Assembly: GCA_015064625.1 (NCBI GenBank) | Contig: SVRW01000002.1 | Span: forward strand, 47,987-111,986 | Length of the DNA stretch: 64,000 bases | DNA from: Oscillospiraceae bacterium | GTDB lineage: Bacteria > Bacillota > Clostridia > Oscillospirales > CAG-382 | Direction: 5' to 3' | Part shown: positions 20,660-29,589 of the stretch, in pieces | Position numbering within the stretch: position 1 is the stretch's first letter | How the letters are laid out: each line of letters opens with the position of its first letter | Made by a program: the position numbers and the translations under genes | The notes under the pieces: model-generated | Seen by the model: only the letters and a program-made list of their open reading frames with translations | The model's database searches: none | Told to the model about the DNA's origin: nothing

Positions 20660-22702
20660 ATGAACGTTGAGATTCTATCTCCCGCAGGGAGCTTTGAGCA
20701 TCTTCGGGCTGCTGTTTACGGCGGAGCTGACGGTGTGTATTTAGGAACAAAAGAATTCAGCGCAAGGCAGAGTGCTTTGAATTTCACCTTGGCGGAGCTT
20801 GAAGAAGCGGTGATTTTCTGCCATGGGAGAGGGGTACGCGTTTATGTTGCCGTAAATACTCTTGTAAAAACCTCTGAGCTTGAAGGAATAGCATCGTTAG
20901 CACGTGAATTTGGACGGATAAACGTGGACGGTGTCATAGTGCAGGATCTTGCCGTGGCAAAAATCTTCAAGGAGGTATGCCCGTCTCTCCCTTTGCATGG
21001 CTCAACACAAATGGCAATCCATAATTTGAGCGGAGCTTTGGCACTGAAAAATATGGGATTTTCGAGAGTTGTCCTTGCCCGTGAGCTGACCTTTTCCGAA
21101 ATAAAGGAAATAACGGAAAAATGTGGTATAGAAACTGAGGTTTTCGTTCATGGAGCCCATTGTATGTCTGCTTCGGGAATTTGTTATATGTCCTCTTTTA
21201 TAGGAGGAAGAAGTGGAAACAGAGGAAGATGCGCACAGCCATGCAGACTTGACTTCAAGGCGGGGAAAAACAGCTTTTGCCTTTCTCTAAAGGATATGTG
21301 CTACGTAAACTACGTAGATGCCTTGAAGGAGGCAGGAGTTTCCTCTTTGAAAATTGAAGGACGTATGAAACGTCCCGAATATGCTTATATTGCATCGAAA
21401 ACCTATAAAAAAGCCCTTTTGGGTGAGAATTTCACCGATGAATTGAGAATGCTAAAAGGCATTTTTTCCAGAAGCGGGTTTACAGACGGATATATTTCGG
21501 GAAAACGTGACGGAAATATGTTTGGTTACAGAAAAAAAGAAGACGTTGAAGCCGCATCACGAGCTATAAAGGAAATAGGGAAAATAGAAGAAAGCTTTAA
21601 AATTCCTGTGACAGCAAACGTTGAAATAAAGAAAAACGAGAAAATAAAACTGACTTTTTCATCGAAGGGAAAAATCGTTTCCGTTTATTCAGACGCAATT
21701 GTGAATGAGAAAACTTACCTTCCGTCAAACGACAGGATAGAATCTGCTTTGAAGAAAACGGGCGGAACACCCTTTTTCGTGGAAAGCGTTTGTATAAATT
21801 CTGACTTTGAGTCTTTTGATTCGGAATCTGCATTTCCCGTATCTTCCCTTAATAAAATGAGGAGAGAAGGGCTTGATAGCCTATTTCTCGCTTTAGCGGA
21901 AAGAAAAAAAAGAGAAATAAACGAATACAGCGTTCCTTCTTTTGAAATAAGAAAAACAAAGAAAATACGCCCCGAGATAAGAATAAGAGTTGAAAAAGCT
22001 TCTCAGATAGGTGACTTCTTTGGAAAAGTTATTATTCCATACAGTGAGGCATCAGATATACCGCCTTCAGTTGATAAGGAATCCGTTATTCTTGAAATCC
22101 CTTTTCTCGTATATCCAATGGATGAAGAAAAAATGAAAGCAGAGCTTTTGGCATTGAAGGGAAAAGGCTTTACAAAGGTTATTTGTGAAAACATTTCTTT
22201 TGTGTCGGCTTTGAAGGAAATGGGTTTTTCCGTTTTCGGCGGTGGATACATGAATATCGTTAATCCTATGTCCCTTTTGGAATATGAAAAAATGGGAGTT
22301 TCCGATATAACCTTATCTCCAGAGATAAATCTTGGGGATTTATCAAGCTTTCAATCAAGGTCGAATATAGGAATTATTTCATATGGGTATCTTCCTGTGA
22401 TGCAATTCCGAAATTGTCCTCTTAAAGCATCCGTAGGATGCGACAAATGCGGTGGGAACGGATATATTACGGACAGGCTGAAAAAGGAATTCCACTTGCT
22501 TTGCCATAATAAAAAATATGTTTCACTTCTAAATACTGTTCCCGTTTCCTTATCGGGAAGGGAAATTTTCGTGGATTTTCAGACACTTTATTTTACAAAT
22601 GAAACTCCAAATCAAGTGAAAAATATAATAAATCAATTTATAAAAGGAAAAGAGCCTGATTATCCTCATACAAAAGGACTTTATTTCAGAAAGGTGCTTT
22701 GA
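20660..22702 (+). CDS. Peptidase U32 family protein, long form (680 aa)
   Basis: U32 signature with a Cys cluster: GAHCMSASGICYMSSFIGGRSGNRGRCAQPCR, and E-G-R-M-K. Confidence 0.8.
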   Translation: MNVEILSPAGSFEHLRAAVYGGADGVYLGTKEFSARQSALNFTLAELEEAVIFCHGRGVRVYVAVNTLVKTSELEGIASLAREFGRINVDGVIVQDLAVAKIFKEVCPSLPLHGSTQMAIHNLSGALALKNMGFSRVVLARELTFSEIKEITEKCGIETEVFVHGAHCMSASGICYMSSFIGGRSGNRGRCAQPCRLDFKAGKNSFCLSLKDMCYVNYVDALKEAGVSSLKIEGRMKRPEYAYIASKTYKKALLGENFTDELRMLKGIFSRSGFTDGYISGKRDGNMFGYRKKEDVEAASRAIKEIGKIEESFKIPVTANVEIKKNEKIKLTFSSKGKIVSVYSDAIVNEKTYLPSNDRIESALKKTGGTPFFVESVCINSDFESFDSESAFPVSSLNKMRREGLDSLFLALAERKKREINEYSVPSFEIRKTKKIRPEIRIRVEKASQIGDFFGKVIIPYSEASDIPPSVDKESVILEIPFLVYPMDEEKMKAELLALKGKGFTKVICENISFVSALKEMGFSVFGGGYMNIVNPMSLLEYEKMGVSDITLSPEINLGDLSSFQSRSNIGIISYGYLPVMQFRNCPLKASVGCDKCGGNGYITDRLKKEFHLLCHNKKYVSLLNTVPVSLSGREIFVDFQTLYFTNETPNQVKNIINQFIKGKEPDYPHTKGLYFRKVL

Positions 22703-22703
22703 G

Positions 22704-23909
22704 ATGGCAGAAATAATAAAAGGTGAGCTGCTTGCTCCGGCAGGCGATATAGAATGTGTCAATACAGCTTTGCATTACGGTGCAGATGCGGTTTACGTAG
22801 GCGGAAGACTTCTTCAGCTTCGTGCCGCAGCCTCTGGATTCACGGATGATAATCTTTTTGAAGCTGTATCGAAGGTTCACGAAAAAAATAAAAAAATATA
22901 CGTTACCGTAAACTGCTTTGCCAAGGACTCGGAATTTGAGCTTCTGCCCGAATATGCAAGGTTTTTGAATGAAAGCGGTGTGGATGCGGTTATAGTTTCG
23001 GATTTGGGTGTGCTTTCATCGATTAAAAGACATTGTCCCGATTTGCAGGTTCATATAAGCACGCAGGCAAACTGTATGAACAGCGAAACGGCTAATGTTT
23101 ATTACAATATGGGGGCAACACGAGTCGTTCTTGCACGTGAGCTGACTCTTGAAGATATTAAAACCTTGAGAGCCAAGACCCCGAAAGAGCTTGAGCTTGA
23201 AGCCTTCGTTCACGGGGCAATGTGTATGGCTCATTCGGGAAGATGCCTTATCAGCTCATATCTTACAAACAGAAGCGCAAACAGAGGAGCTTGCTCCCAG
23301 CCTTGCCGTTGGAGCTATTATCTTGTGGAAAAAACAAGGCCTGGTGTTTATATTCCAATAGAACAGGATGGGGAAGCTACTCAAATATTGAGTTCCCACG
23401 ATTTGAACTGCGTAAGTATTCTTAAAGAAATTGAAGAAGCAGGAGTTTGTTCCTTTAAAATTGAGGGAAGAATGAAAACAGCGTATTACGTTGCTTCTGT
23501 TATTAACGCCTACAGACGTGTTATGGACGGAGTTATGTCTGTAAAGGAAGCGGAAGAAGAATTGACTCTTATGACCCATAGACCATACTCAACGGGATTC
23601 TATTACGGAGCAGTGAAAAAAGAGCCGTTCAACGATGGACTTTATCATCATAGCGGTATGTTTATCGCAACGGTTAAAGAAAAAACGTCGGATGGCGTTT
23701 ACGTTCAGATGCGAAACCGCTTCGCTGTAGGGGATACCTTGGAGCTTATGTCAAGAGAAAAGGGAATTGTACCTTTCAATGTTGAAAGAATTGAAGGTGA
23801 AGAAGGCGACAAAAATGAAGCCGTTTTTCCTATGGAAATTATTAAAATAAATTGTCCCGAATGTGCGTCTGCGGGGGATATGATACGCAAACGTGTCAAA
23901 GGATGTTAG
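22704..23909 (+). CDS. Peptidase U32 family protein (YrrO/TrhP-like size)
   Basis: GAMCMAHSGRCLISSYLTNRSANRGACSQPCR and KIEGRMK. The start is 2 nt after the upstream stop. Confidence 0.8.
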   Translation: MAEIIKGELLAPAGDIECVNTALHYGADAVYVGGRLLQLRAAASGFTDDNLFEAVSKVHEKNKKIYVTVNCFAKDSEFELLPEYARFLNESGVDAVIVSDLGVLSSIKRHCPDLQVHISTQANCMNSETANVYYNMGATRVVLARELTLEDIKTLRAKTPKELELEAFVHGAMCMAHSGRCLISSYLTNRSANRGACSQPCRWSYYLVEKTRPGVYIPIEQDGEATQILSSHDLNCVSILKEIEEAGVCSFKIEGRMKTAYYVASVINAYRRVMDGVMSVKEAEEELTLMTHRPYSTGFYYGAVKKEPFNDGLYHHSGMFIATVKEKTSDGVYVQMRNRFAVGDTLELMSREKGIVPFNVERIEGEEGDKNEAVFPMEIIKINCPECASAGDMIRKRVKGC

Positions 23910-23922
23910 TTAAGGAGAAATT

Positions 23923-24216
23923 ATGATTACAACAAAACAAAGGGCTTACTTGAGAGGGCTTGCAAACGGAATTGATTCAATTATACAAATGGGTAAAGGT
24001 GAAGTTTCGGAAAATTGGCTCAAAACCGTTTCCGATGCGTTGGAAGCAAGAGAGCTTGTGAAAATCACCGTCCTCGAAACCTGTGCATATACTCCCAGAG
24101 AGTTGTCTGATGCATTATGCCAACTCCTCGAATGTGATGCGGTTCAGACTATAGGCAGAAAAATAGTTCTTTACCGTGAAAGCAAGGAAAATAAAAAGAT
24201 ATTTTTACCAAAATAA
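23923..24216 (+). CDS. yhbY: Ribosome assembly RNA-binding protein YhbY (CRM domain)
   Basis: TKQRAYLRGLANGIDSIIQMGKGEVSENWLKTVSDALEARELVKI. 97 aa. AAGGAG RBS. Confidence 0.85.
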   Translation: MITTKQRAYLRGLANGIDSIIQMGKGEVSENWLKTVSDALEARELVKITVLETCAYTPRELSDALCQLLECDAVQTIGRKIVLYRESKENKKIFLPK

Positions 24217-24222
24217 AAAAAG

Positions 24223-24678
24223 ATGTCAGGATTTAAAATGCATACAATAAGAAAAATAAAAACAGAAGACACTTCTATGGTTGTGGAGATGATGAGAGAG
24301 TTTTATTCTTCTCCCGCTGTGTTGAGTAACGGCTCTGATGAAATATTTTACGCTGATGTGGAAGCGTGCGTTGGCGATAACCCTTTCCTTGAGGGATATG
24401 TTTTTGAAACCGAGGGTAAAATATCTGGCTACGCAATGATATCAAAGGGATTTTCCACTGAATCGGGAAAAAATCGAATCTGGATTGAGGATCTGTATAT
24501 AAAAAAGGAGTTCCGAGGTCTTGGAGTCGGTGACAAATTTCTTAAATATATTTCAGAAAAGTATAAAGAATGCGTTATTCGTCTTGAGGTGGAGGAAGAA
24601 AACGTATCCGCTTTATCTCTTTACAAAAAGAACGGATTTGAAGTTTTACCGTATATGGAAATGATAAAAAATAGTTGA
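24223..24678 (+). CDS. GNAT family N-acetyltransferase
   Basis: Acetyl-CoA motif region FRGLGVGDKFLKYI ... LYKKNGFE. The start could instead be ATG 24238. Confidence 0.75.
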   Translation: MSGFKMHTIRKIKTEDTSMVVEMMREFYSSPAVLSNGSDEIFYADVEACVGDNPFLEGYVFETEGKISGYAMISKGFSTESGKNRIWIEDLYIKKEFRGLGVGDKFLKYISEKYKECVIRLEVEEENVSALSLYKKNGFEVLPYMEMIKNS

Positions 24679-24683
24679 TGTTG

Positions 24684-24711
24684 TCCCGCTGCCTGCCAGC
24701 GGGATTTTTTT
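24684..24711 (+). terminator. Rho-independent terminator
   Basis: TCCCGCTG (24684-24691) pairs with CAGCGGGA (24697-24704), followed by T7. Confidence 0.8.
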
Positions 24712-24741
24712 ATTTACCCCAAATATTTTGTTTCTAAACCA

Positions 24742-24770
24742 TTGACAAATAAGATATAATAGTATAAAAT
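24742..24770 (+). promoter_or_regulatory. Sigma-A-like promoter
   Basis: TTGACA (24742-24747), 17-bp spacer, TAAAAT (24765-24770). Confidence 0.5.
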
Positions 24771-24809
24771 GTATTATAGAAAATCTAATGTGCTATTGGA
24801 GGGCAAATT

Positions 24810-26501
24810 ATGAAAAAATCAATAAAAGTAGCCTTACTTTCAGTTCTTGCCGTAGTTGTTGTTTTGGGCGTTCTCGCTTTTTTGTTCTGGGACAACATAA
24901 TCAACTTTACTGCAAAAACTCTTAAAACTCCCGAGGAGTATTATGTTTATGTTGAAGAAGCAAATCTTGAAAAAACTGCTTCCTCGATTTATGCTTTGCT
25001 TAACGTTGATGAACTTACAAAAGATTATAAAATTGGAACAAATGGTTCTTTCAAGGTTGAAACAGGTGAGGGAATGGCTGATGTTTACAAGCTCTTGTTT
25101 GGTTCTGCTTCTGAGCTTGAATGGCTCAAGAGCGTTGAATTCAAGCTTGAATCAAACGGTTCTAAAGAAATTTCCGACGGTAAGCTTTCAGGCTTGCTTA
25201 ACGGAACAGAAATAATTTCTGCCAATTTTGTTGTGGATTCTAAAAATGAGAATATGTATTTTTCAGTTCCTCTTTTAACCGATAAGGTTATAAAAATATC
25301 TTCTGAGGATATGGAAGACCTTTATGGAACAGACCTTGAAGACATAGTAGATTCTGCTACGGGTTCTGTAGGCTCAACTTCCGTTTTCGGAAACGAAAGC
25401 ATGGAAAAATTGGTTGCCGCTATTCCTTCCGAAGAAGTTTTCACGAAGATTCTTTCTCATTACATTGATGTTGCAGTAAAGAATATTGACGGCGTTGAAA
25501 AAACCTCCGAGACCCTTACAATAAACGGAGTAACTCAATCATGCACGGTTATTTCCTATGAATTGGACGAAGCTGATTTCAGAAAGATTGCAAAAGCGGT
25601 TTTGATTGAAGTTGAAAAGGATAAGGATATAGAAAAAATCATAAAGGATTTTGCTAAAGCTCTTGGTGAAGATGAAAACGAAACATATGAGAGCTTTGCA
25701 AAGGCTGTTGAAGAAGCTATAGCAGAGCTTGAAAACGTTGTTGAGCATCGTTTGACCAGAGAGAAGACCGTTATCAGAAACTATGTTGGCGGAAGCGGTA
25801 AGGTTGTTGCAAGACAGATAAAGGACGACACGAGTGAATTCTTCATTGGTAACGTCAGAAAAGGCTCTGACGTTGCAACGGAAATTCGTTTTGTGGACGA
25901 ATTTGCAGACGAAGAAGAAAGCTTTAAATTCTCAGGAAAAGGCATTATTAAATCAAATAAGCTTTATGGAAGTTACACAATATACGAAAACGATGACGAA
26001 CTCTTGAAAATTGGCGTTGATAAATTCGATCTTAAAGCTCTTGATACTGAAGGAAAATTTAGTGGAGAATTTTCTGTTTCCGCTGGCGGTAGAATCGATA
26101 AACTTTTGGATGGAATGGATAAAAAAGTAGCTTCTTTTGTAGAGTCTTTGAAAATAAAATTCATCGCTGGAGATAATAGCGGTGCTTTGGAAATCTATTC
26201 CAAGGATAAGCTTTGTGTGAAATTTGCTGTGAAAGCAGAAGAAAAGGCTTATAAGGCTCCAGTTCTCCCCGATGAAAGCAAGGTTATTTCTGTATCAGAC
26301 GAAGAAGCGCTTGTAAAGGCTCTTGAAAACTTCGACCCACAGACTTTGATTGATAAACTTAAAGAAGCGGGTCTTCCCGAAGATTTGTTTGGAGGAATGG
26401 GCGGTTCTGCCGATTCTGATGATTCAGACATTTTTGAAGATTATGAAGACCTTGAAAGTGTTGAGGCTCTCAGCGTTTTTGATGACCAATTTGTAGCTTA
26501 A
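24810..26501 (+). CDS. Hypothetical membrane-anchored or secreted acidic protein (563 aa)
   Basis: N-terminal anchor KVALLSVLAVVVVLGVLAFLF. GGAGGG RBS. No family recognised. Confidence 0.6.
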   Translation: MKKSIKVALLSVLAVVVVLGVLAFLFWDNIINFTAKTLKTPEEYYVYVEEANLEKTASSIYALLNVDELTKDYKIGTNGSFKVETGEGMADVYKLLFGSASELEWLKSVEFKLESNGSKEISDGKLSGLLNGTEIISANFVVDSKNENMYFSVPLLTDKVIKISSEDMEDLYGTDLEDIVDSATGSVGSTSVFGNESMEKLVAAIPSEEVFTKILSHYIDVAVKNIDGVEKTSETLTINGVTQSCTVISYELDEADFRKIAKAVLIEVEKDKDIEKIIKDFAKALGEDENETYESFAKAVEEAIAELENVVEHRLTREKTVIRNYVGGSGKVVARQIKDDTSEFFIGNVRKGSDVATEIRFVDEFADEEESFKFSGKGIIKSNKLYGSYTIYENDDELLKIGVDKFDLKALDTEGKFSGEFSVSAGGRIDKLLDGMDKKVASFVESLKIKFIAGDNSGALEIYSKDKLCVKFAVKAEEKAYKAPVLPDESKVISVSDEEALVKALENFDPQTLIDKLKEAGLPEDLFGGMGGSADSDDSDIFEDYEDLESVEALSVFDDQFVA

Positions 26502-26520
26502 TTTTTCAATTAAATAATTC

Positions 26521-26545
26521 AAGCCCGCCAGAACGGCGGGCTTTT
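26521..26545. terminator. Bidirectional terminator between convergent genes
   Basis: AAGCCCGCC (26521-26529) pairs with GGCGGGCTT (26535-26543), followed by a T-run. Confidence 0.7.
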
Positions 26546-26616
26546 GCTTTTGGTTCCAAACAAATTGTCTTTTTGGACAAATTATTTGTTTTATCTGTTT
26601 TTTTAACTTTGGTTTA

Positions 26617-27147
26617 TCAGTCAAACGCCTTTGTTCTGTCCATGTCGAAACTGGGGTTGAAGGCGTAGAAATTTTTGTAATCCAAGTTATCCTGAACTAT
26701 ACGGAGTGCATCGCCAAAGCGTTGGAAATGTACCAATTCGCGTTCTCTGAGGAAACGGATAGGGTCTATTACGTCGGGGTCCTGAGCAAAACGAAGAATA
26801 TTGTCGTAAGTTTTTCTTGCTTTTTGCTCTGCCGCCAAGTCCTCGTGGAGATCTGCAAAGGTATCACCTGTGCTTTGAATATATGATGCTGTCCAAGGAA
26901 TACCGCCTGCGGAAGCAGGGTAGATTCCTGCGGTGTGATCAACGAAATAGGCTTCCAAGCCTGCTTCTTTGATTTGTTCCATCGTCATGTTGCGTGTAAG
27001 CTGATGGATTATAGCGGCTACAATTTCCATGTGCGCCAATTCTTCCGTACCAATGTCCGTGAGTAAGCCAACAACTTCCTTGTATGGCATGGTGTATCTT
27101 TGGTTGAGATAACGCATGGAAGCACCAAGCTCACCGTCAGGACCACC
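26617..27147 (-). pseudogene. cotJC: cotJC 3' segment (Mn-catalase family spore-coat protein), separated from its 5' segment by the element
   Basis: Translates ...GGPDG-ELGASMRYLNQRYTMPYKEVVGLLTDIGTEELAHMEIVAAI..., which matches CotJC/Mn catalase from about residue 30 onward. No start or RBS of its own at the family N-terminus. Confidence 0.9.
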
Positions 27148-27167
27148 AGACGGCTTTTTATTATAAT
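27134..27167. repeat. Left attachment junction (attL-like): 14-bp core plus 19-bp element arm
   Basis: Core CCGTCAGGACCACC (27134-27147) is identical to 35754-35767. The arm GACGGCTTTTTATTATAAT (27149-27167) is the exact reverse complement of 35740-35758. Confidence 0.85.
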
Positions 27168-27169
27168 GT

Positions 27170-28633
27170 TCAAGTTGAAAAATAAACAGCCACAGATTTA
27201 GTGGATTTCAGGTATACTACTTTACTTACTACTGTTCTGACGGCTTCGTTCTTTGATTTCGCTGTAACGTCTGCACGTTTAATATATTGCAGTATGCTAC
27301 GGACTTTTTCTGTATAAGCATTTAGATCTAAGATTTGCCCGTTGGCTTCGCTCTGCATCAGAGCGTTGAGCTCGTTTATTCGTGCGGTGATATCCTCTTT
27401 GTTCTTTGCGTATTGTTCGATGGAATCGATTTCTGAAAGATATGCGGCCTTCGCTCGTTCCAACTTGCGTTTCTCGATTGCTATAAGCTTTTCGTAATCG
27501 GGGGTATCCTTCACGTTGGAGTCGGGCTTCTGCGGTTCTACGTTGAATATTTGGTGTTTTACAGAATCCTCCAGGGCTTGAAGGAATGCTTCTTCAAGTT
27601 TTGGAATCGTAACCGAGTGGGAGACGTGGCAGGATCCGCGAGAGTAATTACAGCACTGCATACTTCTTGCCCCGTTCTTAGTCGTTGCGCTACTCATTGC
27701 CAAAGTTGCCCCGCATGCGCTACAACGTACTATTCCTTTAAGCATATACTCCACAGGCTGATCTCTTTTAGCGTATGGGGGATATGCTTTTTTTTGCGCC
27801 TCGATTCGCTTCTGCACAGTTTCCCACAGTTCCTCTGATATGAGCGGTTCGTGGTGCCCCGACACTGTCATTATATTTTGGTTTGTATAATCTCTTTTGG
27901 AAACTGCACGTGCGCCTTCCAAGCTCCAACGGATCTTCCCGATGTAGCAAGGGTTATTAAGGATATATTTTATCCATCGGTTTTCAGGCGTTTTTCCGCT
28001 TTTGGTTCTTATCCCGCGTTCTCCCAAGCTTATGGCGATTTCACGTTCTGCTTCTCCTGCGGCGTATCTTCGGAAGATCTCACGAACTATATCTGCGGGC
28101 CCGCTTTCATCAGGGTAGTATTTCTTTTCTTTCATCACGTAGCCGTAAGGCGGGGCACAGGTGGGCTCTCCGCGTGAAGCCTTTTCTGTCATTCCTCTGG
28201 TTACCTCTGCGCCCAGGTTGATTAAATAGAATTCATCCATCCATTCTATTATACGCTCTATCAGAGTTCCGAAGTGGCCTTCGGGTATTGGCTCTGACAC
28301 GGAGACAACGGCAACGTTCTTTTTGCGAAGCAGGTTCTTATAGACCATGCTCTCTTCCTGATTTCTTGCAAAACGTGAGAACTTCCAAACGTATATTACC
28401 TCAAAAGGATGCTCCTTCTCCTTCGCCATGGCGATCATGCGGTTGAATTCCGTTCTGCGCTTTGCACTCTTGGCTGAAATACCGTCATCGTAGAATACGT
28501 ATTCATCGGGAATGAGGTATCCTTCCTTGGCGGCGTATTCTCTTGTTTTCTTCAGCTGACTATCTGGGCTGTATTCGTCCTGGCGTTCATCTGATACGCG
28601 GATATACGCAGCTGCTATTTTAAGTGGTATCAT
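27170..28633 (-). CDS. Large serine recombinase (resolvase/invertase N-domain, recombinase domain, zinc ribbon, coiled coil)
   Basis: AAYIRVSDERQ catalytic-Ser motif; CSACGATL...CCNYSRGSC zinc ribbon. 487 aa. The stop is 22 nt from the att core. GGAG RBS. Confidence 0.9.
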   Translation of the reverse strand: MIPLKIAAAYIRVSDERQDEYSPDSQLKKTREYAAKEGYLIPDEYVFYDDGISAKSAKRRTEFNRMIAMAKEKEHPFEVIYVWKFSRFARNQEESMVYKNLLRKKNVAVVSVSEPIPEGHFGTLIERIIEWMDEFYLINLGAEVTRGMTEKASRGEPTCAPPYGYVMKEKKYYPDESGPADIVREIFRRYAAGEAEREIAISLGERGIRTKSGKTPENRWIKYILNNPCYIGKIRWSLEGARAVSKRDYTNQNIMTVSGHHEPLISEELWETVQKRIEAQKKAYPPYAKRDQPVEYMLKGIVRCSACGATLAMSSATTKNGARSMQCCNYSRGSCHVSHSVTIPKLEEAFLQALEDSVKHQIFNVEPQKPDSNVKDTPDYEKLIAIEKRKLERAKAAYLSEIDSIEQYAKNKEDITARINELNALMQSEANGQILDLNAYTEKVRSILQYIKRADVTAKSKNEAVRTVVSKVVYLKSTKSVAVYFST

Positions 28634-28662
28634 TCGGATCTCCTTTCTCGGAAATTTGAGGT

Positions 28663-28679
28663 GTTCGGAAATTCCGAAC
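28663..28679. promoter_or_regulatory. Perfect 17-bp palindrome in the recombinase 5' leader (operator candidate)
   Basis: GTTCGGAA-A-TTCCGAAC lies 30 nt upstream of the recombinase ATG. A related half-site, TCGGAAATTT, is at 28649-28658. Confidence 0.5.
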
Positions 28680-28705
28680 AGTTGGATATTTTATATAAAA
28701 AAGTG

Positions 28706-28734
28706 TTGACGATTATAAAATGACATGATATAAT
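28706..28734 (+). promoter_or_regulatory. Near-consensus sigma-A promoter for the DUF4160/DUF2442 pair
   Basis: TTGACG (28706-28711), 17-bp spacer, TATAAT (28729-28734). Confidence 0.65.
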
Positions 28735-28764
28735 GTATTCAGAAAGACGAGAGGAGATTTACTC

Positions 28765-29016
28765 ATGCCTGAAATTACAAGATTTTATGGAATTATTATC
28801 AAGATATTCTTCACGCGGGAGCATAACCCGCCTCATTTTCATGCTGTATACGGAGAATACAATGGCACGTTTGAAATATCAACGTTGGAAATGATTGAAG
28901 GCGATTTGCCGAATAAAGCACAAGCTCTTGTTAAAGAGTGGGCTGCACAGTATATTGATGATATTATGAAAATGTGGGATACTAAAACATTGAAGAAATT
29001 GCCACCGCTTGAATAA
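28765..29016 (+). CDS. DUF4160 family protein
   Basis: MPEITRFYGIIIKIFFTREHNPPHFHAVYGEY is the typical DUF4160 N-terminus. GAGGAG RBS. Confidence 0.75.
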   Translation: MPEITRFYGIIIKIFFTREHNPPHFHAVYGEYNGTFEISTLEMIEGDLPNKAQALVKEWAAQYIDDIMKMWDTKTLKKLPPLE

Positions 29017-29043
29017 GGCTATTTTAAAAAATAAGGGGGTGTT

Positions 29044-29304
29044 TTGGTGAGTTTGTCAATCAGAGTAAAAGACGTTAAACCGTTGGAAGATATGTGCTTA
29101 TTGGTACACTTTGAAAATGAAATCGTAAAAAAGTACGATATTAAACAATTATTGGCACAGTTCCCCATATACGAAAGATTAAAAAATGAAGAATTATTCA
29201 AGCTGGTCAAGGTAGACTGCGGTGGTTGTGCGGTTGCCTGGAACGAGGATATAGACATTTCGGAAGTTGAACTATGGGAAGGCGGCACCGAGGTGTTCGT
29301 ATAG
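29044..29304 (+). CDS. DUF2442 family protein
   Basis: VKDVKPLEDMCLLVHFENE ... AVAWNEDIDISEVELW pattern. It is the usual partner of DUF4160. The start is TTG 29044 or GTG 29047. Confidence 0.7.
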   Translation: MVSLSIRVKDVKPLEDMCLLVHFENEIVKKYDIKQLLAQFPIYERLKNEELFKLVKVDCGGCAVAWNEDIDISEVELWEGGTEVFV

Positions 29305-29371
29305 AATTTAATAACGTTCAAAATCAAGGGCTTATCCTATTAGGGTAGGCTCTTTTTTTATTGGTATAAAA

Positions 29372-29406
29372 TCGGCAGATTTAACGGTTTGTTTGAAATC
29401 TGCCGA
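29372..29406. terminator. Strong hairpin (11-bp perfect stem), bidirectional terminator candidate
   Basis: TCGGCAGATTT (29372-29382) pairs with AAATCTGCCGA (29396-29406). T-rich on both flanks. Confidence 0.55.
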
Positions 29407-29473
29407 ATATTTATTCTTATTTGGCTGATGGGACGATTTGTTGACGTCAGCAAAACGTTATTACCTTTTTCAG

Positions 29474-29497
29474 CATTTTGCCAACGTTGGCAAAATG
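29474..29497. repeat. Perfect 24-bp palindrome
   Basis: CATTTTGCCAAC|GTTGGCAAAATG. Confidence 0.8.
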
Positions 29498-29524
29498 GTA
29501 GCGGACTATCAACGCTTTCGGCAG

Positions 29525-29564
29525 CTTGTGCATTTTTTGCACAAGTTGAATTTTTTTGTTTTTT
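29525..29564 (+). terminator. Hairpin plus T-tract; its sequence resembles the immunity-region operator
   Basis: CTTGTGCA (29525-29532) pairs with TGCACAAG (29538-29545), followed by TTGAATTTTTTTGTTTTTT. Contains TGCATTTTTTGCA. Confidence 0.55.
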
Positions 29565-29589
29565 CAGTTTGTGCAGAATTTGCACGAAC

